A stretch of 64,000 nucleotides of DNA from Daphnia carinata (lineage: Eukaryota), in the NCBI RefSeq assembly GCF_022539665.2, contig NC_081334.1, forward strand, positions 2,914,001 through 2,978,000, given 5' to 3'. The notes below the pieces were generated by a model. It was not told the DNA's origin and made no database searches. It saw only the letters and a list, made by a program, of their open reading frames with translations. Made by a program: the position numbers and the translations under genes. Positions 23,049-35,230 of this stretch are shown here, in pieces. Within the stretch, counting starts at the first letter, position 1. Each line of letters starts with the position of its first letter.

Positions 23049-25025
23049 ATGAGTAGTGCAGAGTCGCCAACCAACCGGATGCCTCCGCAATCGTTGGCAT
23101 CTCTTCCGCCGCTCAATTTCTCGTTCAAGACGGAATCGAGCAACGGCGGCGCAACGGCCGCCATGTCATCATCGCCGGCTTCCGCACCTTCCGTCGTCGT
23201 ATCATCGTCCGCTTTAGCCATGCCGACGCATCCGCACGGCCTGCCGCAGCAACAACAGCAGCAAGCGAATCCAGCCGCGCTGGATCAGTACCGCATCCAG
23301 CTGTACAATTACGCCATGGCGGAGCGATTGCGGTTCGCGGGAGTTGCGCATCCGGCCGCCGCCTTCATGAATCCGTACGCGGCCGCCCTATCGGCCCAGT
23401 TGGGACGCACAACGAATTCGGGCCCGAATGGCACACCGTCCGTCCCACCGCAAACATCCGATTTGAGCTCGTTCTTCTTCACATACGCGGCGGCTAAATT
23501 CCAGCAGCAACAGCAGCAGCAACAACAACAGCAACAACAGCAACAACAACAACATTGCGACCCGCGTTTGTTCCACCATCATTCGGCCGCAGCGGCGGCC
23601 ATGATGCGCGGGGGCCATCCGGGCGTGGTGAACATGGTGGAAGAGCCCAAACCGCAGCACAGTTACATCGGCCTGATCGCCATGGCCATCCTCAGTTCCG
23701 CCGATAAAAAGCTGGTGCTCAGCGATATTTATCAATATATACTAGACAACTACGCCTATTTCCGGTCGCGCGGACCCGGTTGGCGCAACAGTATTCGTCA
23801 TAATTTGTCGCTCAACGATTGTTTCATCAAAGCCGGTCGCAGCGCTAATGGTAAAGGCCATTACTGGGCCATCCACCCGGCCAACGTCGAGGATTTCACC
23901 AAAGGCGATTTCAGGCGTCGCAAAGCCCAGCGAAAAGTCCGTAAACATATGGGACTGGCCGTCGACGAGGAGGATTCGCCGACTCCGCCGCCGTCGCCCG
24001 TGACGGCTCATCATGTGGCCGCTTCTCTGGCCGCTGGATGGGGATTGGGTCATCACCATCATCATCATCATCCCTCCGTGGATGGGCTGGCCATGCATCC
24101 GCAGCATCACAGGAATTTCATGATGGAACATCATCATTCCGTCTTGATGATGGCGGCGGCGGCCGCCGCTTCGGCCGCCCCCATTCCGCACATGACATCG
24201 CTGTCGCCGTCGGCTTCGTCCGACGACGGGCAGGCCACCCATCGGCAGTCGCACCCGTCGGCCGCGGTGGGCGCTTCCGCCCCGCGGAAGCGCCTGTTCG
24301 ACGTGGCCAGTTTGTTGGGGCCGAGCGATCCTCAACCGACGCTCAGCGGAGGACGCGACGAGCAGTGCGGAGTTGAACGTACGAAACACGAGCGGGACGA
24401 AGAGGACGAACGCAGTTCGGCAGCCGGGAGCAGTCACGACGAAGAGGACGCTGAACAAGTCAACGAGAACAAGCGGATCAAGATCGAACTGGACGAGGAC
24501 GTGGACGTGGTCAGCGAAGACTCGGAGGAGGACGATCACCTGCGCCGTTTGGGTTCGACCAGTCCGCCTCAGAATCACAACCTATCCGGCGAGGATGTCG
24601 ATCCGGCTAAATCGTTGGCTTCTAGTCCGGCCGTCCCTTCGTCTCCGCTCGGGGCGGCCGCTGCAGCGGCCGCTGCCGCAGCCGCCGGATTTTGGCGTTT
24701 CCATCCACCGGCCGCTGCCGGCGGAGCGGCTTCGCTCCGATTACCCATTCCGGCTCACCGGTTGATGAATAATAATGCCCACCACTTCAATCATCAGCAG
24801 GCCTACTTGCAGCAACAGCACGTGTCCGCTGCGCACAACCATTCGCTGCCGTCCGGCATGGAACAATTGACCAAATATTACGAGCAAGTGGCCGAAGTGA
24901 TGCGCATCAATTGCTTGCAGCAACAACAACAACAACAACAACAACTGCAACGCAATCACGATGCCGCAGCAGCTAATGGAACGAAGAGCGCCACTGGAGG
25001 TGCCACGTTAATTGCTAAACATTAA
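23049..25025 (+). CDS. foxQ2: Forkhead box Q2 transcription factor (fd102C-like), single exon, 658 aa
   Basis: Forkhead domain KPQHSYIGLIAMAILSS..LVLSDIYQYILDNY.YFRSRGPGWRNSIRHNLSLNDCFIKAGRSANGKGHYWAIHPAN..DF.KGDFRRRKAQRKVRKHMGL, as recalled for insect FoxQ2. C-terminal EH1-like FDVASLL. Poly-Q, poly-H and poly-A tracts. Confidence 0.95.
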   Translation: MSSAESPTNRMPPQSLASLPPLNFSFKTESSNGGATAAMSSSPASAPSVVVSSSALAMPTHPHGLPQQQQQQANPAALDQYRIQLYNYAMAERLRFAGVAHPAAAFMNPYAAALSAQLGRTTNSGPNGTPSVPPQTSDLSSFFFTYAAAKFQQQQQQQQQQQQQQQQQHCDPRLFHHHSAAAAAMMRGGHPGVVNMVEEPKPQHSYIGLIAMAILSSADKKLVLSDIYQYILDNYAYFRSRGPGWRNSIRHNLSLNDCFIKAGRSANGKGHYWAIHPANVEDFTKGDFRRRKAQRKVRKHMGLAVDEEDSPTPPPSPVTAHHVAASLAAGWGLGHHHHHHHPSVDGLAMHPQHHRNFMMEHHHSVLMMAAAAAASAAPIPHMTSLSPSASSDDGQATHRQSHPSAAVGASAPRKRLFDVASLLGPSDPQPTLSGGRDEQCGVERTKHERDEEDERSSAAGSSHDEEDAEQVNENKRIKIELDEDVDVVSEDSEEDDHLRRLGSTSPPQNHNLSGEDVDPAKSLASSPAVPSSPLGAAAAAAAAAAAGFWRFHPPAAAGGAASLRLPIPAHRLMNNNAHHFNHQQAYLQQQHVSAAHNHSLPSGMEQLTKYYEQVAEVMRINCLQQQQQQQQQLQRNHDAAAANGTKSATGGATLIAKH

Positions 25026-28000
25026 AGAGATCGACGTGAATATTCAATTCGTTTTTTGTTTGAATTTCAATCCGCTCCGTTTATATTGATGTTGTGTTCT
25101 TCTTTTTTCGAAATATATCTTTTCTCTGTCTTTTGATGTCCTAAAAAAAAAAAAAAAGATAAAATGAATCTTGAAAAGGAAAACACACATTTATTATTCA
25201 TTTCTGGTGTCATCGTTTGGATGTCTTTCCAATTGATTGCGACGAGGTTTTTCCAATTCCAGCTTCCGTGTGTGTGTGCGTGTGTGTCTGTTTGTATTGT
25301 AATGTACATTCTTCAAGAAGCAAAGAAAAAAAAGGAAATAAATATAGAAATTAAAGAAATTAGCCTTTCATTTTCTTTTCATGTACCAAACCAATCTCTT
25401 AACACCACCACTTCAACGCGCTGAAATAAAACAAGGATTAGACTCATTTCTCTTTGAAATTCTTTTTGAAATGATTGTATCAAGTAAGTTGATCGTAGGC
25501 CTACCACATTCCATCCTCCTTCTATGCCAAAATCAAAACATTTTGCGGATTTCTTTCAGAAGGAAAAAAACAGGCAGGCCCACAACGTTGTCCTAACTAA
25601 CCCCCGTTGAGTTTGCTCACTCGTCAAAAGGACCATAGAGATCTGATGGGGACTACGACCCGAAGAGCCGCTCGAGCGGAAATGTCGAAGAGTCGGCTGG
25701 GGGGGTATGGGGAACTCTTAGAGTCGATCTAATAATTCCACAAGAGGGAACATCAAATGTAGCCGAACGCGTTGACACGGAATAAAAGAAGAGGGCCCTT
25801 CTTATTTGTAGGCCCCCCCCCCCCATACCGGCCCATCGTTCCTCTATATCAACAACACAACCATGTGATGATTGTGTGGCCATGGATATAAAACCTTTAG
25901 AAAATATTTCCAATGAAAAAAAAAAAAAATTTAAGTTCCTTACAGACTATTGAGCAGACCCCCCATCCTCTTGTAACGTGTGTGTGTGTGTGTGTGTGTA
26001 CACACACACAGCCATGGGGCGTGAAACACAATAGAGTGTTAATGGAGTGCTTGAAAAAAAGCAGTAAAGAGTATTTTTTTTTTTTTTTTTGCCAATGATT
26101 TATTATGAAATTGTGTTACGATTGGTTTCGTGCTTTGGTTCGGCCGGCAACAGAAGAAAACTTGTCCAGCGCGCGTGCCGGCCCTTAATCGTTTCCGGCT
26201 TTTCTTTTTCAGGATGGGAGTCCACCATAAGGACGTTTAGAGAATAGAAGACTGGACACAATGTGCATTCAACATTTATAGACTACGTATATATAGATAT
26301 ACAAATGATATAGAACACAACGACGAGCTTGTTGGAGAGCCGCCAAAATTTTCGGAATTGATCTCCGGCCGGGCGTATTGGATTTAATTGGGATGGTGTT
26401 CAACAAGCTTCACAAAGTTTTCCATCATCGTTGCTGACTTTGACGTCACGTTAATCACGGCTCGTTGGATGCGCTACATTTGAAACAAAACGTTAAATTA
26501 AAACGCGCCCCTTCTCGTTCATTTCCACAATGACGCAATCAAAATCCAAAAATCAAATCAACATCCGCGTATATTTTTGAAAGACAAGGGGGGTATTGTA
26601 TACGCATACAACAATGATACGTTAACATTCATGATAGAGGTGTGTATTGATTGAGTGCATCGGCCGGGCTTGTTGACTGTCACCGATACGCCACACAGCA
26701 TTCGAGTATACACACGAAAGGAAAGATGAGGGTAGAGAGTGACCTTTTTTTTTTGTGTGTGTGTGTGTGTATACGACAACGGCCAGGTTTTTATGTACAC
26801 ACACACACACACACGCATTTTCTCTTTCACCGTTTTCGGTATAGAGTATGATGCTGTTGGGCATTCCTTGTTGTGTGTCACCGCCCCTAACACACACACA
26901 TACACACCTTCTTTCTTTGTGTGTGTAGCCTCATCCATTCTCACTTAAGAGTTAACACGGCGACAAGGTGCGCGGTTATGTATACGACTTCTCGTCCACT
27001 TTTAACAGTCGTGTATATGTATATACAGGCCAACACACACGGTGCGAATGGGTGGGTTCCACATGCACCACTATTGATTCATTTGTTATTTCCCACGCAC
27101 TTTTGTGTGTGTGGCCGGCCAGTGCTCGACAGGTAGATCGTCCATTTCATTTTTTAAGGAAAAAAAACATTTTGCAAAAAATTCAAAACGAATCGTTCAA
27201 TCATTTAGAAAATGAACAGCACATTAAATGCGGAATGAGAATTGTGTCTGTTGATTTAAACAACGTAAGAGGAACTCACCTGGCCAAACAAAGCACATTT
27301 TCTTATTCCATAAATATATCTACATATTTTTTTTTTAAACAGTAACCTACTTCTGTTTCAGCTCACCGAGCTGCTGTTTAAACACGTTCCCAAACGCTTC
27401 TATTACATTTTTTTTTTTTTGAAGTTGGACGTTCGTATATCCCCGTGTCTGTTGGATGTTGTTTGTCGTAGCGATGACTGCACTGCGCATCTGGCCCCCA
27501 CATCGATACTCATTTCTTTTTTCTTTTTAACCTGAATATTATTTATTGATTCGTTCAGCGCGTACATAACCTTATTATTATTATTTGGGCTTGCAATGCG
27601 CTCTCACATGTGTCCTTGTTATTTGGGGAATGCGCCATAGCCGTACCGTGTACAAGCTGATACAACGGTAAACAGCATTTGCATCGAACACACTTGTTGC
27701 ACCACCCACACGAAATCGATCGCCATTTCCCCACTTATCAAGATGATCATGAAATAAAAATTCAGATCGGGGAATTATGTAGCAAAAAATGTTGATGGTT
27801 CATATTCAAACATTGAACGTTTTCTTTCTTTCGAAGAACAGACTCAAGAAGCTTTTCTTTTTTTAAATATATATTTATTGTTCATAGACTTTGTGAGTCA
27901 CCCTGAGGGGCATGTTCAAGAAATACCTTTGGTGTGTGTGTGTGTGTGTGTGTGTGTACTTTTTTATTCTATTTGTTTGTCGTTTTTTGCGTCCGTGATG

Positions 28001-28099
28001 GCGGACAAGTGGACATAGTTGAAATATTTTCTGTCGGCATCACTCTGTTCTCACACAGAACTTTCTTTTTTACGTTTTTTTTTTAAGTTGACATAACCA

Positions 28100-28450
28100 A
28101 GATGAGGAGGAGGAAGGAAAAAAAAGCCGGGAGCGAAACTTTGGTATGCAAATGAGAGAAAAGAGACGTGACTCTGATCGTCAATGGACAATTTGACAGA
28201 AGGGAGAAGGGGGGGAACATTTGCTAATTTGTTATGTGTCTGTATATCGTAGGTGCAGTAGCCTTTGTCAAGCGGTTATCACTTGTCCGTATGCAAATGA
28301 GTTTGGTAGGGGGGGGGGCTCTCAATCGGAAGCTGAAACGACCGTTATCAATCGAACATTATTTATGCCGTTAAAAGAACATTAGCGGCCCAGAATGTTC
28401 CAAATGCAATAAATCGATTTGAATTGACAATCAAATTGCCGAACAAAACT
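28100..28450. promoter_or_regulatory. Candidate POU-dependent enhancer downstream of foxQ2
   Basis: Two identical 13-mers GTATGCAAATGAG (28144-28156, 28289-28301) containing the octamer ATGCAAAT, with Sox-like CAATGG/CTTTGT motifs between them. Confidence 0.4.
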
Positions 28451-31400
28451 AGCAGCCACACGCAACTGCTTTCGCTTATGATGATTACATTATTCAACGC
28501 TGCACAGCAAAAGATTATTTCGTATGTCTTGCTGTGTGTGTGTGTGTGTCTGTGTATAAAGCCGGTTTAAAGTTGGTTCATTTTATAGTCCTCCCCACCC
28601 CCTTCTATATGTTAAACCTGTCCCTGATGTTGCTCTTTGCGGTGTATGTCAATTGGATAGTTAATGATGCACGTCAACGTCCCACATTTCATTTTCCATA
28701 TCGACATTCAATTCCCATTTTTATTTTTTAAGGACGAATTTTTTTTTTTTTTTTTTGCAGAGGCGATTGAACCACATGCAAATTTCATCTGGTGGGAATA
28801 GAATAAACCCATTAATTTTTTTAAAAAATGAGAGCCATTGGACTCGGCGAGTAAATCGATTTGGCAAACCAGCATTTTCTTACGTATTCAATGTTATCAG
28901 TGAAAGGTGGGGGAGGAGGAAGATGTTGCTATATTTCTATTACGCAACGGGCCTTCAAAAAAGTTTGGGCCAACCTCTCACCAATGGAAAACTACACAAG
29001 GCTTTTGAATAATTCAAAAAAACAATTTAATCTGAATTTTGCGGTGTGGGTTGTATAATACTGTCCTCTCAGGGCTTAAAACTCCGTTTGATATTGGAGA
29101 CGGCGAAATGGAAGCGTCCGACGGAAGTCTTCCGCCTTCGCCTTTCGGGAATGCCATCCGTGGTCACGTAGCGCGCGTGTGTGTCTGTGTAGCTCCTTGC
29201 CCAGTTTTACACGACGTCTGGCATGTCACGAGACATTCGATCATCGATACATCATTCAATTCAAAGCTTAAACCTCGGCCCTTCCGATAAGTTGGTGGGT
29301 GTTTGTTTGTTCGGTGCCCCGCAAAAGGTTTTAATTCATTTTGCGTTACGTTTTTAAACGCAGCCCACTGACACGGCGTGTGTGTTCGTGTCACGTGATA
29401 CCCCGGCAAAGCCAGAAGGTTATGGGGCGTGTTGGTGCGGGGCTTTTCCTACTCAATCCTGCAGATGATAGCGATTTTTTTTGTTTTCACAAAAGATGCA
29501 ATCAATTGAGGCATACATTATACGTATATAGCGAACAATGTGACACACACACACACACACACGCGGGTTTAGCGTTGTTCCCCCTTTTGTGTGGATCTTT
29601 TGCGAGACAGTGTGTCTTATTATAACGCACGCAACGGTTTGTGTGTGTGTGTTCAATTTTCTTTTATATCCGGTTCTTTTTTTTTTGCGCAGTGATTGAC
29701 ACGTTCGATCACGCCATGGATGTCCTCCCACCGGATTAGAAGAAGGAAGGGGGGGGGGGGCGGTGGGCCTATTAGTTGGGATAACTTATTTTAACGTTTC
29801 ATCATTTTCAATACTAGGAGTGGTATAGGAAAGAGAGAGACGTAAGAAATATCCTGTTTGATGTTTCCTGTTCGACATAAACATCTCGTAAGATTGTCGT
29901 TTTTGGAAAAGTGGTGACTTCCTTCGAGCCTACCATAACAAAACAAACAAACAAAAAATGGGTGGAATAGATGTACATCGATGCCGTTTTTGTGCGTAAT
30001 GGAACCTGGGAGGGATGGTACAGGGGGGCAATAGACACGTCAATAAAAGAGCCGGACATCAGTTGTTATTTTTTGCGGCTCGTTATACATTTGCAAACAG
30101 GAAAAAGCCGGGCCGCTACGAATAGTGTGTAGTGTGTTCCAGGAAAAATAGGCCTACCCAGCCAAATAAATAGAGCATTTTGTTTTGCTGGTCGTGTATG
30201 GATCGGTTTGCTCGTTGTACCTCGCTCTTTTCTACCCCGGCATATGATAGAACTCCCATGTTATTTTTTTTAGAGGGGAACAGCAAGGAGCAGTATAATG
30301 GAACAGGATGTTGTGCTATCGCGAAATATGTGTTGTTATTTGTTGTGCGTATGTATACACTGGGCTTCACCTGATCATTTCAAAGCCGAATGTCAGGGGT
30401 TCTAAATTGGAGGCACATGCAAATAGGAATTTTCAAGTAGAGGCTTCTAATATTCAGGTCTACAGTGTACGGAAGACTGACTCCTATTGGATCTCCTGGA
30501 ACAAAAATATGTGAAAAGCGAGGGAGCGGATGTTTGGACTGCCTCGCCCATGCGAACAACACACAGGCCATAAACACACAAGGCACATTTCGGTGTGTAT
30601 GTCAAGCGCCAAAAAAAAAAAAAAATAAGAAAACAAGGTGTTCCAATCATCGTTCTCTCTTCTGTGACCTCATACCCGAATGGAATGCATCTTCGAAGAA
30701 AATAATAAAATAAGATTGTTTTGAAACGCTCCTGTCAAACGAGCCTTTTTTCTTTCTCTCTCTTCATATACGCACACACACACACACAAGGAGGGACTGG
30801 CTGTAAGAATTGGATAGAACAGTGAAAACGTACGTGCGAAATTGCTGGCTCATCGGGTCGTTCCATGTGTGTCCTCTTCTAGTGTGTCTATGTCTGCGTG
30901 TGTGTGTGTGTAATAAGAGAAAGAAGAAGAAAATGGGGGATCGTCAACAAGCCACCCCCCATTTGCATTGGTATAGACCGACACACTACTCTAAAGTCAA
31001 CACCGACATATCCCACCTCTGCCGCACAGCACAGAGACAACATTCTTTTGTGTTTTTATTTTGTCTATTTTCTATGTGGCATCAACCCCGTTCTCTCTTC
31101 TTCGACCATGTTCTATTGAAAGAAAAGGCTTCACCAAGAGTTTTGACTGTTCGAATCTCTTCTCCCTCCATTTCTTTTTTTTTCTTTTCTTGAGCCCAGT
31201 ATTTATATAATACATGTCTCTTTAAGAAAGAAAAACATATTTGTCTGACTTCTTTATTTTTTTTTTTTTATTCTATCAGAGAGGTGACGGTGACATTCCT
31301 AACGTTGAATTCCAACGGTGCGCGTCCCGAGTTGATTGCCACAATGGGCTGCGTTCTCTCGTTCTAGAACGCATCGAACAACCGGCGTTATTCAGGCTGC

Positions 31401-34400
31401 GTATTAATTGCTCAGTTTATAGAGAACAGTAAAAGGCATTTTGTTGGAAATTAGTTTTAGGGAAAAGTTCTCGTCTCTCATCATCGTGCCATTTGAATGT
31501 GTTACACCAACTTGTTTTCGAAATCAAACGATTGTCAAGCCGCTACTGACCAGACGGAAAGTTCTCACGGTACCTCCGTGATGGGCGTCAAGCGACTCTG
31601 ATTAGCAGAACGTCGAGTTTATACGCCGCCTTTTGTACAGAGAAAATGCCAGCATCATCGTCATTATCGAGACCCATTACTTTTTGAGTTATAATCAAGA
31701 CACCGTTATCATTTTTAACTTTGACATTCTTTTCAGTAGAGATCGATTCAAAGATGTGTGCACAGTGTCAACGGTTTGAACGTTAAAAAACAAGTTGAAC
31801 AAAAATCTCTGAGCTATGCAGAAGAGTGTCAAACATAATGTCGGTTGACAAGCGCATTGAAAAAAAAAAACAAATTTTGAAAAAATATTTTTGCGCGTTT
31901 CCCAACAGTCTACGAACAACTCGAACTGAATGTTCAAGTAGAAGAGCAGCATACGTGACGTCAATCGTTCGTCCATGTCACACGACTAAACAGGGCCTTC
32001 ATCTGCTACACAGTTTGTGCTGTAAGCCTCAAATTGGCTTGACGGGGGCAGAGCTTGAAATTCGACTTCATTTGCATGCGGCTCCCCCTCTTATAAGAAA
32101 AGCTATGCCCACCCCCCTGAATAAAATAGGTAAGCGAGGGGGGGGGGACTCGTTATTATTCCGGTCGTTGGCGTTTCACTCGAATACTGCCAACGTTCAC
32201 TCAAAACGCGTGAGCACAAATAGTAAGAAACTCTGAGAATTTTCGTGAGAGATTGTTGGCCCTCCCGTTTGCATTAACATGTGGTACAAAAGAAAACCGG
32301 CAACTGTGTACAGCAACAACAAAACACGGCCCGAGCTACATCCCATCGCAGACGGACGTGCGGAAACTTATATCGAGTCCGATTATTCCGGCTAATAGGT
32401 TCCATTTAGAATGGGAGAAAACTGTGAAACATGTTTGTGTTCGGACGTGATGTCTTGAAAATAAAGGGGGGGGGGGAATGGCCATGGAAGGATGAAGCGC
32501 AGCGACTGGAGGAAAAACAAGAACAAACAACAACAGAGCTCGAGTTCATCACGACGCCGGGGCTTGTGTGTAAAAAAGTTGATGATTGGGGTTGGTGAAG
32601 ATCGTGCAGCCGACGGGAAATAACCTGAATCGGCTCGCCTTCTCGGCCCTTTTTTTTATTTTGGAACGATCCAATCAATTCATTAGCCATCGATTTGCTC
32701 GTTCGTGCGCAGCCAGCGTTAATGAGCCGGAGCGTTTAGGGCCTCAACAGTGTGTACCCTGCCAAAGTTGATTAGGTTTTTTTTTTGAACGATATAACAA
32801 TTCCTCAGCCCTAAATGTGGTGTAAACACAGAAAAAACGTGCAACATATAAACAGGGGGGTGGATGTAACAAACAAAACTTGCGCATTCAACAACTTTGA
32901 TCGTCACGTACTGGCGTTTCCAGCAATGCGGAATCGGAACACATTCGTATTTATTATTTAAGATATAACTCTTTTCCAAACTGAATATTTCAGTGGGCTA
33001 GTGTTTGATATCAGACACTCTATTTCTTATTTAAATGTTATAGCCGTTTGTGTTTGTCTATTTACACCGCACCCTCAACAACACCATCTGCCGTTGTTCG
33101 GGTATCATTCTTATTTTCTAACGTTCATCAAACGTAATAGGCTTGTGAAACAAATGGCGGTTTCCCAATACGTCAATACACACACACACGCACCGCTTAT
33201 GCTTAAAAATATATACGAGACACTGCGCACGCTAATCCGGATGCAACGGGACACCTTCCAAATCCCTCACCGACATATCTCGAAATTTTTTGCCGCTTCG
33301 CATTACAATATTCCGCCTTCACGATTAACCAGATTTAATAATACCCCCGTCACAGGTTTTATGCGTTTTTATTTCATAGGAAAAGGGAGGCCACTATTTT
33401 ATTCGCATCGCAATTGGATGTGTAGGAGTATGTTTTCATCTCATGGCTGTATTAAAAAACATCGACATTTTTATTTTACTGTGGTAATGAATTGAGACAT
33501 GACAGACGTGATCCCGCGGGACTTTCTCATCGATTTTCTCCTATGCACTTGATATTTATTTATATCTATATATCAAAAAATGCTTCTGTATAATATTACC
33601 GTAGTTTCTTGCGTTTGGGCGTGTCACCTAACGTTGTTACATACGTATTTTTTTTTCATTCGAAATATATACATCCCCGCCATAGATACAATGGTCTAGA
33701 AGGACATAGTGTCCTTGCCCGAGATGTTAAAGAAGCCGAAAAAACGAGAGAGAAACAACTACCCCCCCCCCCCTGTCTCACCAAAATCCCCAAGTCCACA
33801 GAGATTTTTAGCCGCTAGCTTCACCGAAAGTTACACGAGGGAACATGGAAGGGCGCGGTCGTTTATAACCGCCCCACATTTTGCTGTACGGACTAAACGT
33901 GGTTAGATGGAGAGAGCATGGAACATTGGCGTGTACAAAACTGACATTGAGCTGGCTATATATTCGCCCCTCTTTTGTATAATGTTTCCAACATCTCTGT
34001 CTGTCTCTGGAGGATTATATGGAACAGTCGGGATCGAAAGAGATCAGCATCAAATAGATATCGGAGAGGATGAAAAAAAAGGGGTTTTTGCATGAGCGTG
34101 ATTAGCACCGTTTAGAGGGAAAAAGAAGGGGGGTTACATGAAAAAGGTAATCTGACACATGTTCTAGTATATAAATATACAGAAGCATAAAGAAGAGCTG
34201 GAGAGGGCGTGTGTTAAAGGGTCTTTGATTGGATGATGGGGATGTACTACTCAGATTATGAAAGAGACCCTGTGTAAAATGCACGTACTCTCCTTCGCTT
34301 TAAAAAATAAATGTTCTATTTGGAGAAAGGGAAAAGAGGGTACAATTGAATTAGTGGATGTAGAAGGTGGTAGACAGGTCTGTTACATTTAGGACAGACG

Positions 34401-34639
34401 TGTGTAAAGTGAGTGTTGAAAGCAAACGCCGACGCCCGAGAGTCAATTACAAAAGTTGACTCTGTGTGTGTGTGTATGCAAATCGAATGAGGATGGGTGA
34501 TGACAACGTGCCTTTAGCTATCTTTAGTGAGTAGCAGCACCTTATTTTGAGCCGTTAACATCGTGAGTGTTGCTAAGAGCCATTCTAATGCGATTGTTGG
34601 TCGCTCGAATTCGAAATGTGCAGATTGCGAAATCAAAGC

Positions 34640-35230
34640 GTTCTGCATATTTAACAAGAAAAAAAAAAGAAAAACATGTTTTATTTATGCAAAATCTTTT
34701 AAATTGAGCTGCCTTTGTAGGCGCCAAAAGAAAATTTAAATAACAACGGGAAAGAGTGAAATAGGTATGATGATTCACCTCCCGCGTTTCTTCTGCATAT
34801 TTAAAACAAGAAAAACAAAAAACAAGTTTGATTTCTGCAATTTTTTTTTTTTAATCTGGCTGCTTCTGTGGGCGCCAAATGAAAATTTAAATAACAATGG
34901 AAAAGAGGGAAATAGGTATGACGATTTACCTCCCCCTTCCCCCGTTTTAAAAAAACAAGAAGAAAGAAAACAAGTTTGATTTCTGCAAATTTTTTTTAAT
35001 CCGCCTGTTTCTGTAGGCGCCAAGAAAATTAAAATAACAATGGAAAAGAGAAAAATAGGTATGGCGATTTACCTCCCCCCTCCCTCGTTTCTTCTGCATC
35101 TTTAAAACAAGAAAAACAAAAACAAGTTTGATTTCTGCAACTATGGTTTAATCCGGCTGTTTCTGTAGGCGCCAAGAAAATTAAAATAACAATGGAAAAT
35201 ACGTATGACGATTTACCTCCCTCCTCCCCC
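34640..35230. repeat. Four-copy tandem repeat, about 145-152 bp unit
   Basis: Anchor GGCGCCAA at ~34720, 34871, 35016, 35168. Shared blocks AAATAACAA, GTATG(A/G)(C/T)GATT(T/C)ACCTCCC and ACAAGTTTGATTTCTGCAA. Confidence 0.9.

Noticed and set aside
23388..24959. Antisense and alternate-frame ORFs overlapping foxQ2 (up to 278 aa)
   Set aside because: Expected shadow ORFs of a GC-rich coding exon.
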